56,283 nt of DNA from UHGV virus genome UHGV-0315882. The stretch is one strand, 5' to 3'. Positions 36,392 to 43,859 of the stretch are shown here, in pieces. Each line of letters begins with the position of its first letter. The first letter of the stretch is position 1. Below the pieces are notes generated by a model that had not been told where the DNA came from, made no database searches, and worked only from the letters and a program-made list of their open reading frames with translations. The position numbers and the translations under genes are program-made. This stretch comes from a virus.

Positions 36392-36919
36392 ATGATTACA
36401 CAAGAACGTTTAAAGGAGCTACTACACTATGACCCCGAAACAGGGGTCTTTACTTGGCTTCGTAGAGAGGGTGACTCAAGGGCTGTTAAAGTCTTTAATA
36501 GTAAGTACGCAGGACAGGTAGCGGGGAGCATCCAGATTGACTCAACTAGTCATAAGCAGATTACTATCTATTTTGACAAGAAAGCACATAAAGCACACAG
36601 ACTCGCATGGCTGTACGTGTATGGTAGGCTACCGAAAGGTGTTATTGACCATATTAATGGGGACTCCCTTGATAACAGGGTTGTAAACTTAAGAGAAGCA
36701 GATGACTGCCAAAGTGCTTGGAATAAAAGCAAACTATCCACCAATAAATCAGGCTATAAGGGTGTAAGCCTGAAGAAGAAGTCTGGTAGGTGGGTTGCGC
36801 AAATAAGCTATAAAGGTAAAAAGATGTCATTAGGTTACTATGACACACCAGAAGAGGCCCATAAAGCTTACTGTGAAGCTGCTATTAAACTCCACGGAGA
36901 ATTTGCAAAACTAAGTTGA
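36392..36919 (+). CDS. HNH homing endonuclease with C-terminal AP2 DNA-binding domain
   Basis: HRLAWLYVYG...DHINGDSLDNRVVNL (HNH) and YKGVS...GRWVAQI...YDTPEEAHKAY...HGEFA (AP2-like); start trimmed to MITQE. Confidence 0.65.
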   Translation: MITQERLKELLHYDPETGVFTWLRREGDSRAVKVFNSKYAGQVAGSIQIDSTSHKQITIYFDKKAHKAHRLAWLYVYGRLPKGVIDHINGDSLDNRVVNLREADDCQSAWNKSKLSTNKSGYKGVSLKKKSGRWVAQISYKGKKMSLGYYDTPEEAHKAYCEAAIKLHGEFAKLS

Positions 36920-36970
36920 CAAGGTGCTCATGGAAGAGTACCTTATACAATATCTTATATAGGAGGGCTT

Positions 36971-37180
36971 ATGAGCCACCGTGGAAGAACCCATGCAGCG
37001 ATGATGAAAGGTGCTTCAAAGGAGACTATCAAAAATCGTAAGCAGAAGTTGTTTGAGAGAATGAACAGGTTAATTGACAATTCATCTCTTTCAGGTTCTG
37101 AGAAGGTTTTCTTGAAAGGGAATCTGAAAAGTATTGCACAGGAACTTATGGATATTGAATTTTGGAGAAACCAAAAATGA
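36971..37180 (+). CDS. hypothetical protein (69 aa)
   Basis: AGGAGGG RBS upstream. Confidence 0.5.
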   Translation: MSHRGRTHAAMMKGASKETIKNRKQKLFERMNRLIDNSSLSGSEKVFLKGNLKSIAQELMDIEFWRNQK

Positions 37181-37389
37181 CTTATGAAGAAGCTGTTGAA
37201 GCAATGAAGCAAGGTAAGAAGGTTCGTAATGAGAACTTCACATCTGATGAGTTCTTTGAAATGAAAGATGGAAAGATTGTCTGTGAAATGGGTTACCCGA
37301 TGGCTTCATGGTATCGTGGTCTTGATTGGCAGAAATCTGGGTGGAGCATTGTGCAAGACTCTCCAAAAGCATCTGACTTATTCTTTTAA
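37177..37389 (+). CDS. DUF2829-like small protein (71 aa)
   Basis: Start at MTYEEAVEAMKQGKKV with GGAGA RBS and ATGA overlap; N-terminal motif resembles the DUF2829 family hallmark as recalled from memory. Confidence 0.4.
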   Translation: MTYEEAVEAMKQGKKVRNENFTSDEFFEMKDGKIVCEMGYPMASWYRGLDWQKSGWSIVQDSPKASDLFF

Positions 37390-37398
37390 GGAAAAGAT

Positions 37399-37605
37399 AT
37401 GGAAGCCTTAGTAAACTATATCTACTGTTATGATGTTGTTCACTCCACTACAACCGTAGCTCAATGTAACCCAATCGTCCCACGAGAGGGTGAGTTGGTT
37501 CGAATCGAGGGTTGGACTTACACTGTGGGGAGCATCATTCATAAGTTTGATGTTGCTGGTGATGTTCAAGTCATCGACGTAGAGATTGTTGGTAAAAGAA
37601 AATGA
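37399..37605 (+). CDS. hypothetical protein (68 aa)
   Basis: ORF in tight plus-strand array. Confidence 0.45.
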   Translation: MEALVNYIYCYDVVHSTTTVAQCNPIVPREGELVRIEGWTYTVGSIIHKFDVAGDVQVIDVEIVGKRK

Positions 37606-37787
37606 AAACAGAACCTGTAAAAACTGAAGATGGAAACATTGAGACATTCTCAATCACAGTCGCTGGTGATGAGTTCTCTTGCAAATGTGGGTGTAACTGC
37701 TTTCATAAACCAGATAAAACAAAACTTGGTCTTTATGAATGTAATAGTTGTGGGTTGAGGTTCTTAGACAAAAGCAAGGATATGTGA
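37602..37787 (+). CDS. small zinc-ribbon protein (61 aa), paralog of 38115-38306
   Basis: FSITVAGDEFSCKCGCNCFHKPDK...LYECNSC; shares this pattern with 38115-38306. Confidence 0.5.
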   Translation: MKTEPVKTEDGNIETFSITVAGDEFSCKCGCNCFHKPDKTKLGLYECNSCGLRFLDKSKDM

Positions 37788-38035
37788 TGAAGATAACTCA
37801 AGAAATGAAGAAGTTGTATGAGGGAAGTGTGAAGATTCCACCAAGAACTGATGCAAAGAAGTTACTATTCAACTCTTGGATGAATGATTGCACGTATGAG
37901 CAATACTACTTTAAAGTAATAGCATCAGGTGAAAGACCAGAATCACCAGAATATTATGAAAGTTACATAATGTGGCGTGATGAAAAATGTTTAGACTTCT
38001 ACGAAAGATACATGGAAGCAGTAAATTCAATTTAA
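37787..38035 (+). CDS. hypothetical protein (82 aa)
   Basis: Start trimmed to MKITQEM with AAGGA RBS. Confidence 0.45.
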   Translation: MKITQEMKKLYEGSVKIPPRTDAKKLLFNSWMNDCTYEQYYFKVIASGERPESPEYYESYIMWRDEKCLDFYERYMEAVNSI

Positions 38036-38114
38036 TCACTGGAGAAGACTTTGGTAGATGTGCTTGGCGCTACTTCTACTCAAAAGGCTGCATAGCTTGT
38101 GAGGCAAGAGATAA

Positions 38115-38306
38115 ATGAACAAAGAAGATAAGCATAAAAATGCTGTACGAACTCCTGATGGAAAGGTTCAATCCTTCATCCTGACAGTTGGTGGAAAGCC
38201 GTTTCGTTGCCACTGCGGAGCGAACTGTTTTCATAAACCAGATAAAAATGACTTAGAGCTTTACGCATGTAATGCTTGCAATACTTGGTATCACTCAGAG
38301 GAATAA
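38115..38306 (+). CDS. small zinc-ribbon protein (63 aa), paralog of 37602-37787
   Basis: FILTVGGKPFRCHCGANCFHKPDK...LYACNAC. Confidence 0.5.
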   Translation: MNKEDKHKNAVRTPDGKVQSFILTVGGKPFRCHCGANCFHKPDKNDLELYACNACNTWYHSEE

Positions 38307-38307
38307 A

Positions 38308-39411
38308 ATGACAATTCTATACAAACAAAATAAAGACGGCTCTTTCAACGTTTGGTCATGCGTTGCTGTAGGTGATAAAGTTGTTACAACCTACGGTAAA
38401 GAAAATGGCAAGATGATGTTTGAAGAGTATACAGCAGAACCTAAAAACATCGGTAAAAAGAATGAGCGTAACGCTGAACAGCAAGCTCTCTTTGAAGTTG
38501 CTGCAAAGTATAAAAAGCAGGTTGACCGCAAAGGTTATGCTTACACAAAAGAGTCTGCACAGAATACTGAGAAGGTAGGTGTACAGCTTGCTCATGATGC
38601 TGCAAAGGTTAGTCATGCAAAGTATTTGAAATTCCCTGCTGATGCTCAACCGAAGCTTGATGGTGTACGTTGTAGAATTTCAAGACACTTAAGCATTGGT
38701 AGCGTATTCACAGCATACTCTCGTGAGAATACTGTTTATAAAATCCCTACTGAACTCATACCTGACATTATGGCAATGTTAAGGCTCCACAAAGATGTTG
38801 ATGAGTTTGATGGAGAGATTTATGCTCATGGGTGGGACTTAGAAGATATCGTCTCTATGATTAAAAATGAAGACAATCCTGACAGACACCTGCTCAAGTT
38901 TTACTGGTATGATATCTGTGACAGTACTAAGACGTGGCCTGAGCGTAGAGATATCATTGAGACTTCACCATTGAATGGCTTTAGAGATGGCTGTAAAGTT
39001 GTCCCTGTTAAGTCTCGTCGTGTAAATTCTTGGGAAGAATTTGATGAAGCTCATGATAAGTGGGTTGAAGCTAAGTTTGAAGGTGCAATGTACCGTTCAA
39101 TCTCTGAAGACTCCTTCTATGAGTGTTGTCACCGTTCATACTTCTTGATTAAGCACAAGAAGATGCACACTGAAGAGTTTAAAGTAACTGGTGTCAAGAC
39201 TGATAAACGTGGACATGGCAAGTTCGTTGTAGAGACTCTTCCTAACGTCTTTGTAGATGTCTCATGGAAGACTACTCATGAGAAGAAACAGTATCTTGCT
39301 GAGCATCCTGAAGAGTTTATTGGGAAACCTTTAACGGTTCAGTTCCAGAAGATGACTCGTAAAGGTTCTTTACAGTTCCCTGTTGGGTTAGTTATTCGAG
39401 ACTACGAATAA
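38308..39411 (+). CDS. ATP-dependent DNA ligase-like protein
   Basis: Nucleotidyltransferase motif I KLDG (PKLDGVRC); GAGGA RBS; ~367 aa. Confidence 0.6.
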   Translation: MTILYKQNKDGSFNVWSCVAVGDKVVTTYGKENGKMMFEEYTAEPKNIGKKNERNAEQQALFEVAAKYKKQVDRKGYAYTKESAQNTEKVGVQLAHDAAKVSHAKYLKFPADAQPKLDGVRCRISRHLSIGSVFTAYSRENTVYKIPTELIPDIMAMLRLHKDVDEFDGEIYAHGWDLEDIVSMIKNEDNPDRHLLKFYWYDICDSTKTWPERRDIIETSPLNGFRDGCKVVPVKSRRVNSWEEFDEAHDKWVEAKFEGAMYRSISEDSFYECCHRSYFLIKHKKMHTEEFKVTGVKTDKRGHGKFVVETLPNVFVDVSWKTTHEKKQYLAEHPEEFIGKPLTVQFQKMTRKGSLQFPVGLVIRDYE

Positions 39412-39418
39412 AAAGTTG

Positions 39419-39446
39419 TTGACATAGAAAATTTGGTGAGTATACT
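39419..39446 (+). promoter_or_regulatory. Strong sigma70-like promoter
   Basis: TTGACA (39419-39424), 16 bp spacer, TATACT (39441-39446). Confidence 0.55.
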
Positions 39447-39620
39447 GAGCAGCATAAAACAACAGGTACTCACCAGCATCACTTAAGAGTCTTCTAAGAG
39501 GGTTTTAAGTGATGTATTGCACGGTAAAGTGATGTGAAGTCTGGTTTGGCATGGTGTGGTCTGGTATGGAAGGATGGCAGTAGCCTTATAAAAAATCTGC
39601 CAAATAAGCTATAAAATCTG

Positions 39621-39649
39621 TTGACAAGTCAGGTGTTATAGCTTATTTT
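39621..39649 (+). promoter_or_regulatory. Candidate sigma70-like promoter
   Basis: TTGACA (39621-39626), 17 bp spacer, TATTTT; ~45 bp upstream of the 39694 start codon. Confidence 0.4.
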
Positions 39650-39693
39650 TATACTCAATGTAATACAAAATTTAATATAACTTTGAGGTCATT

Positions 39694-40077
39694 ATGAAAA
39701 AGGTTTTATTAGCTGCTGCAATGGTTATGGCAATGAATTTACCAGTCAATGCAACAGAACTCCCAAACGTGGACTTATCAGGTGTTCCAGCAGACACTTG
39801 CCAGATTGTAAAAGGTGTTGCTCTGGCTAATGGTGAGCTACTTAAACCAATCTCTGAAGAGTCTTTGACAGAGATGACTGATAAGGTGACTGACTATCAG
39901 TATCGTGTTCTTGCAGAGTATTTCCTGCAATCTGCAAACATTAAAGAGAAGCACCATGAAGATATTGATGTACAGGCTATGCTTAATCATCGTATCCAGT
40001 TTAAAGAAGATTTGATGCAAAAAGCTATGTATGGTGTTGAGTATTTCTTAGAAAACAGAAGCTGCACAGGTATTTGA
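39694..40077 (+). CDS. secreted (signal-peptide) protein of unknown function (127 aa)
   Basis: N-terminal signal peptide MKKVLLAAAMVMAMNLPVNA followed by a charged mature region. Confidence 0.55.
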   Translation: MKKVLLAAAMVMAMNLPVNATELPNVDLSGVPADTCQIVKGVALANGELLKPISEESLTEMTDKVTDYQYRVLAEYFLQSANIKEKHHEDIDVQAMLNHRIQFKEDLMQKAMYGVEYFLENRSCTGI

Positions 40078-40078
40078 T

Positions 40079-40291
40079 ATGGCTCTTAAAAAGTTACATC
40101 CCAGAAGCGGTTATGGTAAGATAATTGACGATACAGACGGCTTTACAGTCTTTACAGTCATCTGTCAAGATGATTCACAGATTGAGAAGGCTCTTGATGA
40201 TTATCTCAACGATGAACGTGAAAAGGTTAGGGCTACAAACATAGATTCATTGATTGACACTTCACGCAAACGGAAGAAGAAAGATGAATGA
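40079..40291 (+). CDS. hypothetical protein (70 aa)
   Basis: ORF in tight plus-strand array. Confidence 0.45.
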   Translation: MALKKLHPRSGYGKIIDDTDGFTVFTVICQDDSQIEKALDDYLNDEREKVRATNIDSLIDTSRKRKKKDE

Positions 40292-40583
40292 GGTTTTTGA
40301 CCCTTATGCTCCACAAGATGATTGGGAGGCTGACAGAGAGGCTGAAATGGAGAGTTATATTTGTCCAATGGATGTAGACGAAATGAGAGACTTCGTTGCA
40401 CATCGTTTTAAGAGAGAGATTAAATCCAGAGGTCTTTCTCAAGAGCAAGTTGCTAAAATTTGTGGTATCTCTCAGGCTCGTGTATCCAACATAATCCACC
40501 TCACTGGTAATGTCTCCCTTGAGTATATGTTGGAAGTATGCGAAAAATTTGGTGTTAATTTTAATTTAAGGCTGGCAGATTAA
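40284..40583 (+). CDS. helix-turn-helix domain protein, putative transcriptional regulator (99 aa)
   Basis: LSQEQVAKICGISQARVSNI resembles an XRE-type HTH; start trimmed to MNEVF. Confidence 0.5.
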   Translation: MNEVFDPYAPQDDWEADREAEMESYICPMDVDEMRDFVAHRFKREIKSRGLSQEQVAKICGISQARVSNIIHLTGNVSLEYMLEVCEKFGVNFNLRLAD

Positions 40584-40584
40584 T

Positions 40585-40944
40585 ATGAAACGTGAAAACA
40601 TTATCCACTCTGAAAACTTTGCATTAGGCTTTTATGGTGTACCTACTCACCTTGAAAAATATTATGGTGTGAAGATTCTTTCCAATCTCATTATGGCTTA
40701 CAAAGATGGTAAGATTAAGCATACTGAGAAGAAACGTGTCATGGGTTATATGGCTGTAGGTTCAGCAATCTCAAACATTAAGCTGGAAACCACTAGCAGT
40801 CAGGTTGTGAAAGACCACTTCATCAAAGAGCTTTACCAGAATCTTGATGGTGTAGATGTTCAGGCTGTTTGGTTGGATGTTGACGGTCACAACTACACAA
40901 GTTTCGTTTTCAAAAATGATGACATCAAGTGTCTGTTCCCATAA
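40585..40944 (+). CDS. hypothetical protein (119 aa)
   Basis: ORF in tight plus-strand array. Confidence 0.5.
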   Translation: MKRENIIHSENFALGFYGVPTHLEKYYGVKILSNLIMAYKDGKIKHTEKKRVMGYMAVGSAISNIKLETTSSQVVKDHFIKELYQNLDGVDVQAVWLDVDGHNYTSFVFKNDDIKCLFP

Positions 40945-40957
40945 TAGGTGATTAACT

Positions 40958-41473
40958 ATGATTGATATCTACTTACAAGATGCTCATGCAGATTTCCTTA
41001 AAGAAATGCTTAAAAAGTTTATGGCTTCACAGTATGAGAATGAAGCATCTTTTAAAATAGTTACATGTGGCGACGAAGCTGGTTTTGTTGAGATTGAACA
41101 TGAAGGTACTGGAAAGACTGTTTGTAAGCTACCTGATAGCATGTTCTCTAAAACGTTCTTAACAAAGACTAGTATAAATGTTAAGCTTGTTCCTCAGATT
41201 GAAACATACTCTGGTACAGATTACCCTAAAGGCTTCAAGTCACTGATGAAACACTTCTTAGGTGACTTTGTGAGTAATCTTCTAAGTGAGGTAACAGAAA
41301 GCCGTACAATATTAACTGTAGAGAATATAGGGAACACTATCAGGGTTACTTCTGACCGATATTCTATGAGCCTCTTCGACTTTGTACCTAAGAACTTTGA
41401 TGGTATTCTGGATGAAGAAGATGACTGTGTAGATTTTATATTGGTTCTTGAACCAGTTTTTGAGGTTAAATAG
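40958..41473 (+). CDS. hypothetical protein (171 aa)
   Basis: ORF in tight plus-strand array. Confidence 0.5.
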   Translation: MIDIYLQDAHADFLKEMLKKFMASQYENEASFKIVTCGDEAGFVEIEHEGTGKTVCKLPDSMFSKTFLTKTSINVKLVPQIETYSGTDYPKGFKSLMKHFLGDFVSNLLSEVTESRTILTVENIGNTIRVTSDRYSMSLFDFVPKNFDGILDEEDDCVDFILVLEPVFEVK

Positions 41474-41734
41474 ATGAAAATTGAACACTGCTATGAGTCT
41501 GATGGAACACCTATCCGTTGTCCACATTGCGGGTGTACAGACTTACAAGGTGAGGTAAGTGAAATAGTCAACGGTCATATTGCTGAAGAAAGTACCCGAT
41601 GCACAGGGTGTAATGAAATTATCGCTTTCTGGGCTTATGGTTCATACCAACCCTCTCCACATTTTATCTACCATCGTAGTAAAGTTGTGAAGAGTGTCAT
41701 CAACTGGCTTATTAAGAAAGGATTTACAAAATGA
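41474..41734 (+). CDS. small zinc-ribbon protein (86 aa)
   Basis: CPHCGC...CTGC cysteine pairs. Confidence 0.45.
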   Translation: MKIEHCYESDGTPIRCPHCGCTDLQGEVSEIVNGHIAEESTRCTGCNEIIAFWAYGSYQPSPHFIYHRSKVVKSVINWLIKKGFTK

Positions 41735-42276
41735 TTAAATTAATCTTTGCAAGTGGTGAAAACGGTGAATTTGGTACTCCAACTGGTATGCCGTGGCCTC
41801 GACATAAACAGGACATGCAAGAGTTTAAGAGACTCACTAAAAATAACTTAGTAGTCATGGGTAATGAAACTTTTAAGACTCTGGGGAGTAAGCCTTTACC
41901 AGAACGTGCAAACCTCATCTTAACAAATTCTGTACCATACTTAGGCATAGACTTTGGCAAAGATGATGTGATGTATGCTAAAGCCAGCAAAGATTCATTT
42001 GGAGCATTTTTGAAGTATCTTGATAGCTCTATTGATGAAGATGTCTTTGTAATTGGCGGTGCAGGTGTCCTTGTCAATGCTTTACCGTATGCTGATGTAG
42101 TGTTCCATACAGTTTTCCATAAAGTGACTGAAGAGGCCACTGTGCATTTACCTTTTGAAAACTTCTTTGAGAAGCTGTATGATAACCGTGTATTTACAAA
42201 GGTACAGTCAAAACCATCAGAGGATGGTAAAGCAACCTTTGAAATTTATGTTCCACAAGTAAAAGGACACTTTTGA
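41731..42276 (+). CDS. frd: Dihydrofolate reductase
   Basis: N-terminal MIKLIFA...GMPW and size (181 aa) fit DHFR; immediately upstream of thymidylate synthase. Confidence 0.8.
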   Translation: MIKLIFASGENGEFGTPTGMPWPRHKQDMQEFKRLTKNNLVVMGNETFKTLGSKPLPERANLILTNSVPYLGIDFGKDDVMYAKASKDSFGAFLKYLDSSIDEDVFVIGGAGVLVNALPYADVVFHTVFHKVTEEATVHLPFENFFEKLYDNRVFTKVQSKPSEDGKATFEIYVPQVKGHF

Positions 42277-42277
42277 T

Positions 42278-43177
42278 ATGTCACAAGCAGATTCAAGTTA
42301 CAAAAATATTCTGAACCATGTTTTATCAGTTGGCGAACTGCGTACTACACGAACTGGAGATGTTATCTCTGCATTTGCTCCACCTCAGTTTCGTTTTGAT
42401 ATGCGAACTGGTTTCCCACTCTTAACATCTAAACAGGTGTTTACACGGCAAGTTATCGGAGAAGCTTTATGGTTCCTAAATGGCGAGAATAAACTTGGTG
42501 AACTCCGTTACCGTACTTGGGGTGAAAATGATGGGGAACGCTGGACTATCTGGTCAGATGATTTTAAACGCTGGTTAAGCTCTAACTATTCTTCTGAACA
42601 AGACTGGTTAGAGGATGCAGGTGGGAGAATCTACGGGGTTCAGTGGAGAAACTTTGAAGGTCATAATGGTTGTGTTGTAGACCAGTTAGAGACCTTAGTA
42701 ACGAAGATGAAAGGTGATATCACAGACCGTTACATGCTTGTTAATGCTTGGAATGCAGCAGATATTGCAGCTAACTCAATGGCTTTAGCACCTTGTCATG
42801 TTCTGTTTCAGATTTATATCACTAACGAAGGTGAAGTTGACTTACAATGGTATCAACGTTCTGTAGACACCTTTTTAGGACTTCCGTTTAACATTGCATC
42901 TTATGGTTTTATTCTGGAAGTTCTTTGTAAGATGACTGGATACACTCCACGATACTTGATAGGTGTCTTTGGGGATACTCAGATTTATCAGAACCATATG
43001 AAGCAGGTTTATGAACTGATGAATAATGAAGAGTTCCATGCACCTACTTTTGAGATTGGTGTGCAGCTTAACACTCTAAGTGATTTAAAACACCTTACTG
43101 CAAGTGATTTTATTGGTGGCATTAACAACTACCAACATGCAGGGAAGATTGAAGCACCTCTGTCAGTAGGTAAGTAA
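42278..43177 (+). CDS. thyA: Thymidylate synthase
   Basis: YGVQWRNF, catalytic LAPCHVLFQ and GLPFNIASY motifs; Asn in PFNIASY argues for dUMP rather than dCMP specificity. Confidence 0.85.
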   Translation: MSQADSSYKNILNHVLSVGELRTTRTGDVISAFAPPQFRFDMRTGFPLLTSKQVFTRQVIGEALWFLNGENKLGELRYRTWGENDGERWTIWSDDFKRWLSSNYSSEQDWLEDAGGRIYGVQWRNFEGHNGCVVDQLETLVTKMKGDITDRYMLVNAWNAADIAANSMALAPCHVLFQIYITNEGEVDLQWYQRSVDTFLGLPFNIASYGFILEVLCKMTGYTPRYLIGVFGDTQIYQNHMKQVYELMNNEEFHAPTFEIGVQLNTLSDLKHLTASDFIGGINNYQHAGKIEAPLSVGK

Positions 43178-43180
43178 AAC

Positions 43181-43212
43181 AAAAAAGGCTCCCGTAAAAA
43201 GGAGCCTTAAAC
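43181..43212. terminator. Bidirectional intrinsic terminator between convergent genes
   Basis: A6-GGCTCC-cgtaaaaa-GGAGCC-TT; T-run on the minus strand, weaker U-tract on the plus strand. Confidence 0.55.
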
Positions 43213-43213
43213 T

Positions 43214-43585
43214 TTATTTTTCAGTATTCTTTGTGTTCTTTTCAGTAATAGCTTGGAGGGCTGATACTGATTGAGCCAGATTATTCACACTGTCAGAGAA
43301 TTTATCAAGGGTTTTAGTAAGTTTTGCGTTTTCACCCTTAACATTCTCTAACTGAACTTTCTGGTTCTCCATCCCTAGCTGAATCAGTCTCATGTCAGAC
43401 TGTAAATCACGAATAGCTGAATAGTTACTTTTGGAATAATTATCTAGCTGCTGTAACTTTGTTGTGACAGACACTTCTTGTTTACCACTTGAAACTTGCA
43501 TAGTGGTATACATCCCAATAACACTAAAAATACCAACTACAATTGCACCAATATTATTTTTAAAAGCTTCCTCTAGCCACTTCAT
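43214..43585 (-). CDS. membrane-anchored coiled-coil protein (123 aa)
   Basis: N-terminal transmembrane helix then heptad-like region. Confidence 0.45.
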   Translation of the reverse strand: MKWLEEAFKNNIGAIVVGIFSVIGMYTTMQVSSGKQEVSVTTKLQQLDNYSKSNYSAIRDLQSDMRLIQLGMENQKVQLENVKGENAKLTKTLDKFSDSVNNLAQSVSALQAITEKNTKNTEK

Positions 43586-43780
43586 TTATTTCTCCCCCTT
43601 AAAAGCTTTTTCTAAGTTATCTACGAACTCATCATCAATAGGTGTGTCTGTTTTACTCGCAAGGTATCTTGCAAGCTTAAAGAACACTTTCTCAATCATG
43701 TATTCACTTAGAAGGGATAAAATGAGTTTCCAGAAGAAGCTACCTAGATTTTTTAGAAGAATTGCTAGGATTGTAGGCAT
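43586..43780 (-). CDS. small membrane protein (64 aa)
   Basis: Hydrophobic N-terminus; GAGGTGAT RBS. Confidence 0.4.
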   Translation of the reverse strand: MPTILAILLKNLGSFFWKLILSLLSEYMIEKVFFKLARYLASKTDTPIDDEFVDNLEKAFKGEK

Positions 43781-43859
43781 TTAATCACCTCATCAGCCAA
43801 GATGGTGAGAATACCCATAAAGAATATTAACACCATCTTAACAATCAGTCAACAAGGGA

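Noticed and set aside
42278-43177. Thymidylate synthase homolog could be a dCMP hydroxymethylase implying modified DNA
   Set aside because: The specificity residue in PFNIASY is Asn (dUMP-type), not Asp as in dCMP hydroxymethylases; dUMP hydroxymethylase activity cannot be excluded from sequence alone.
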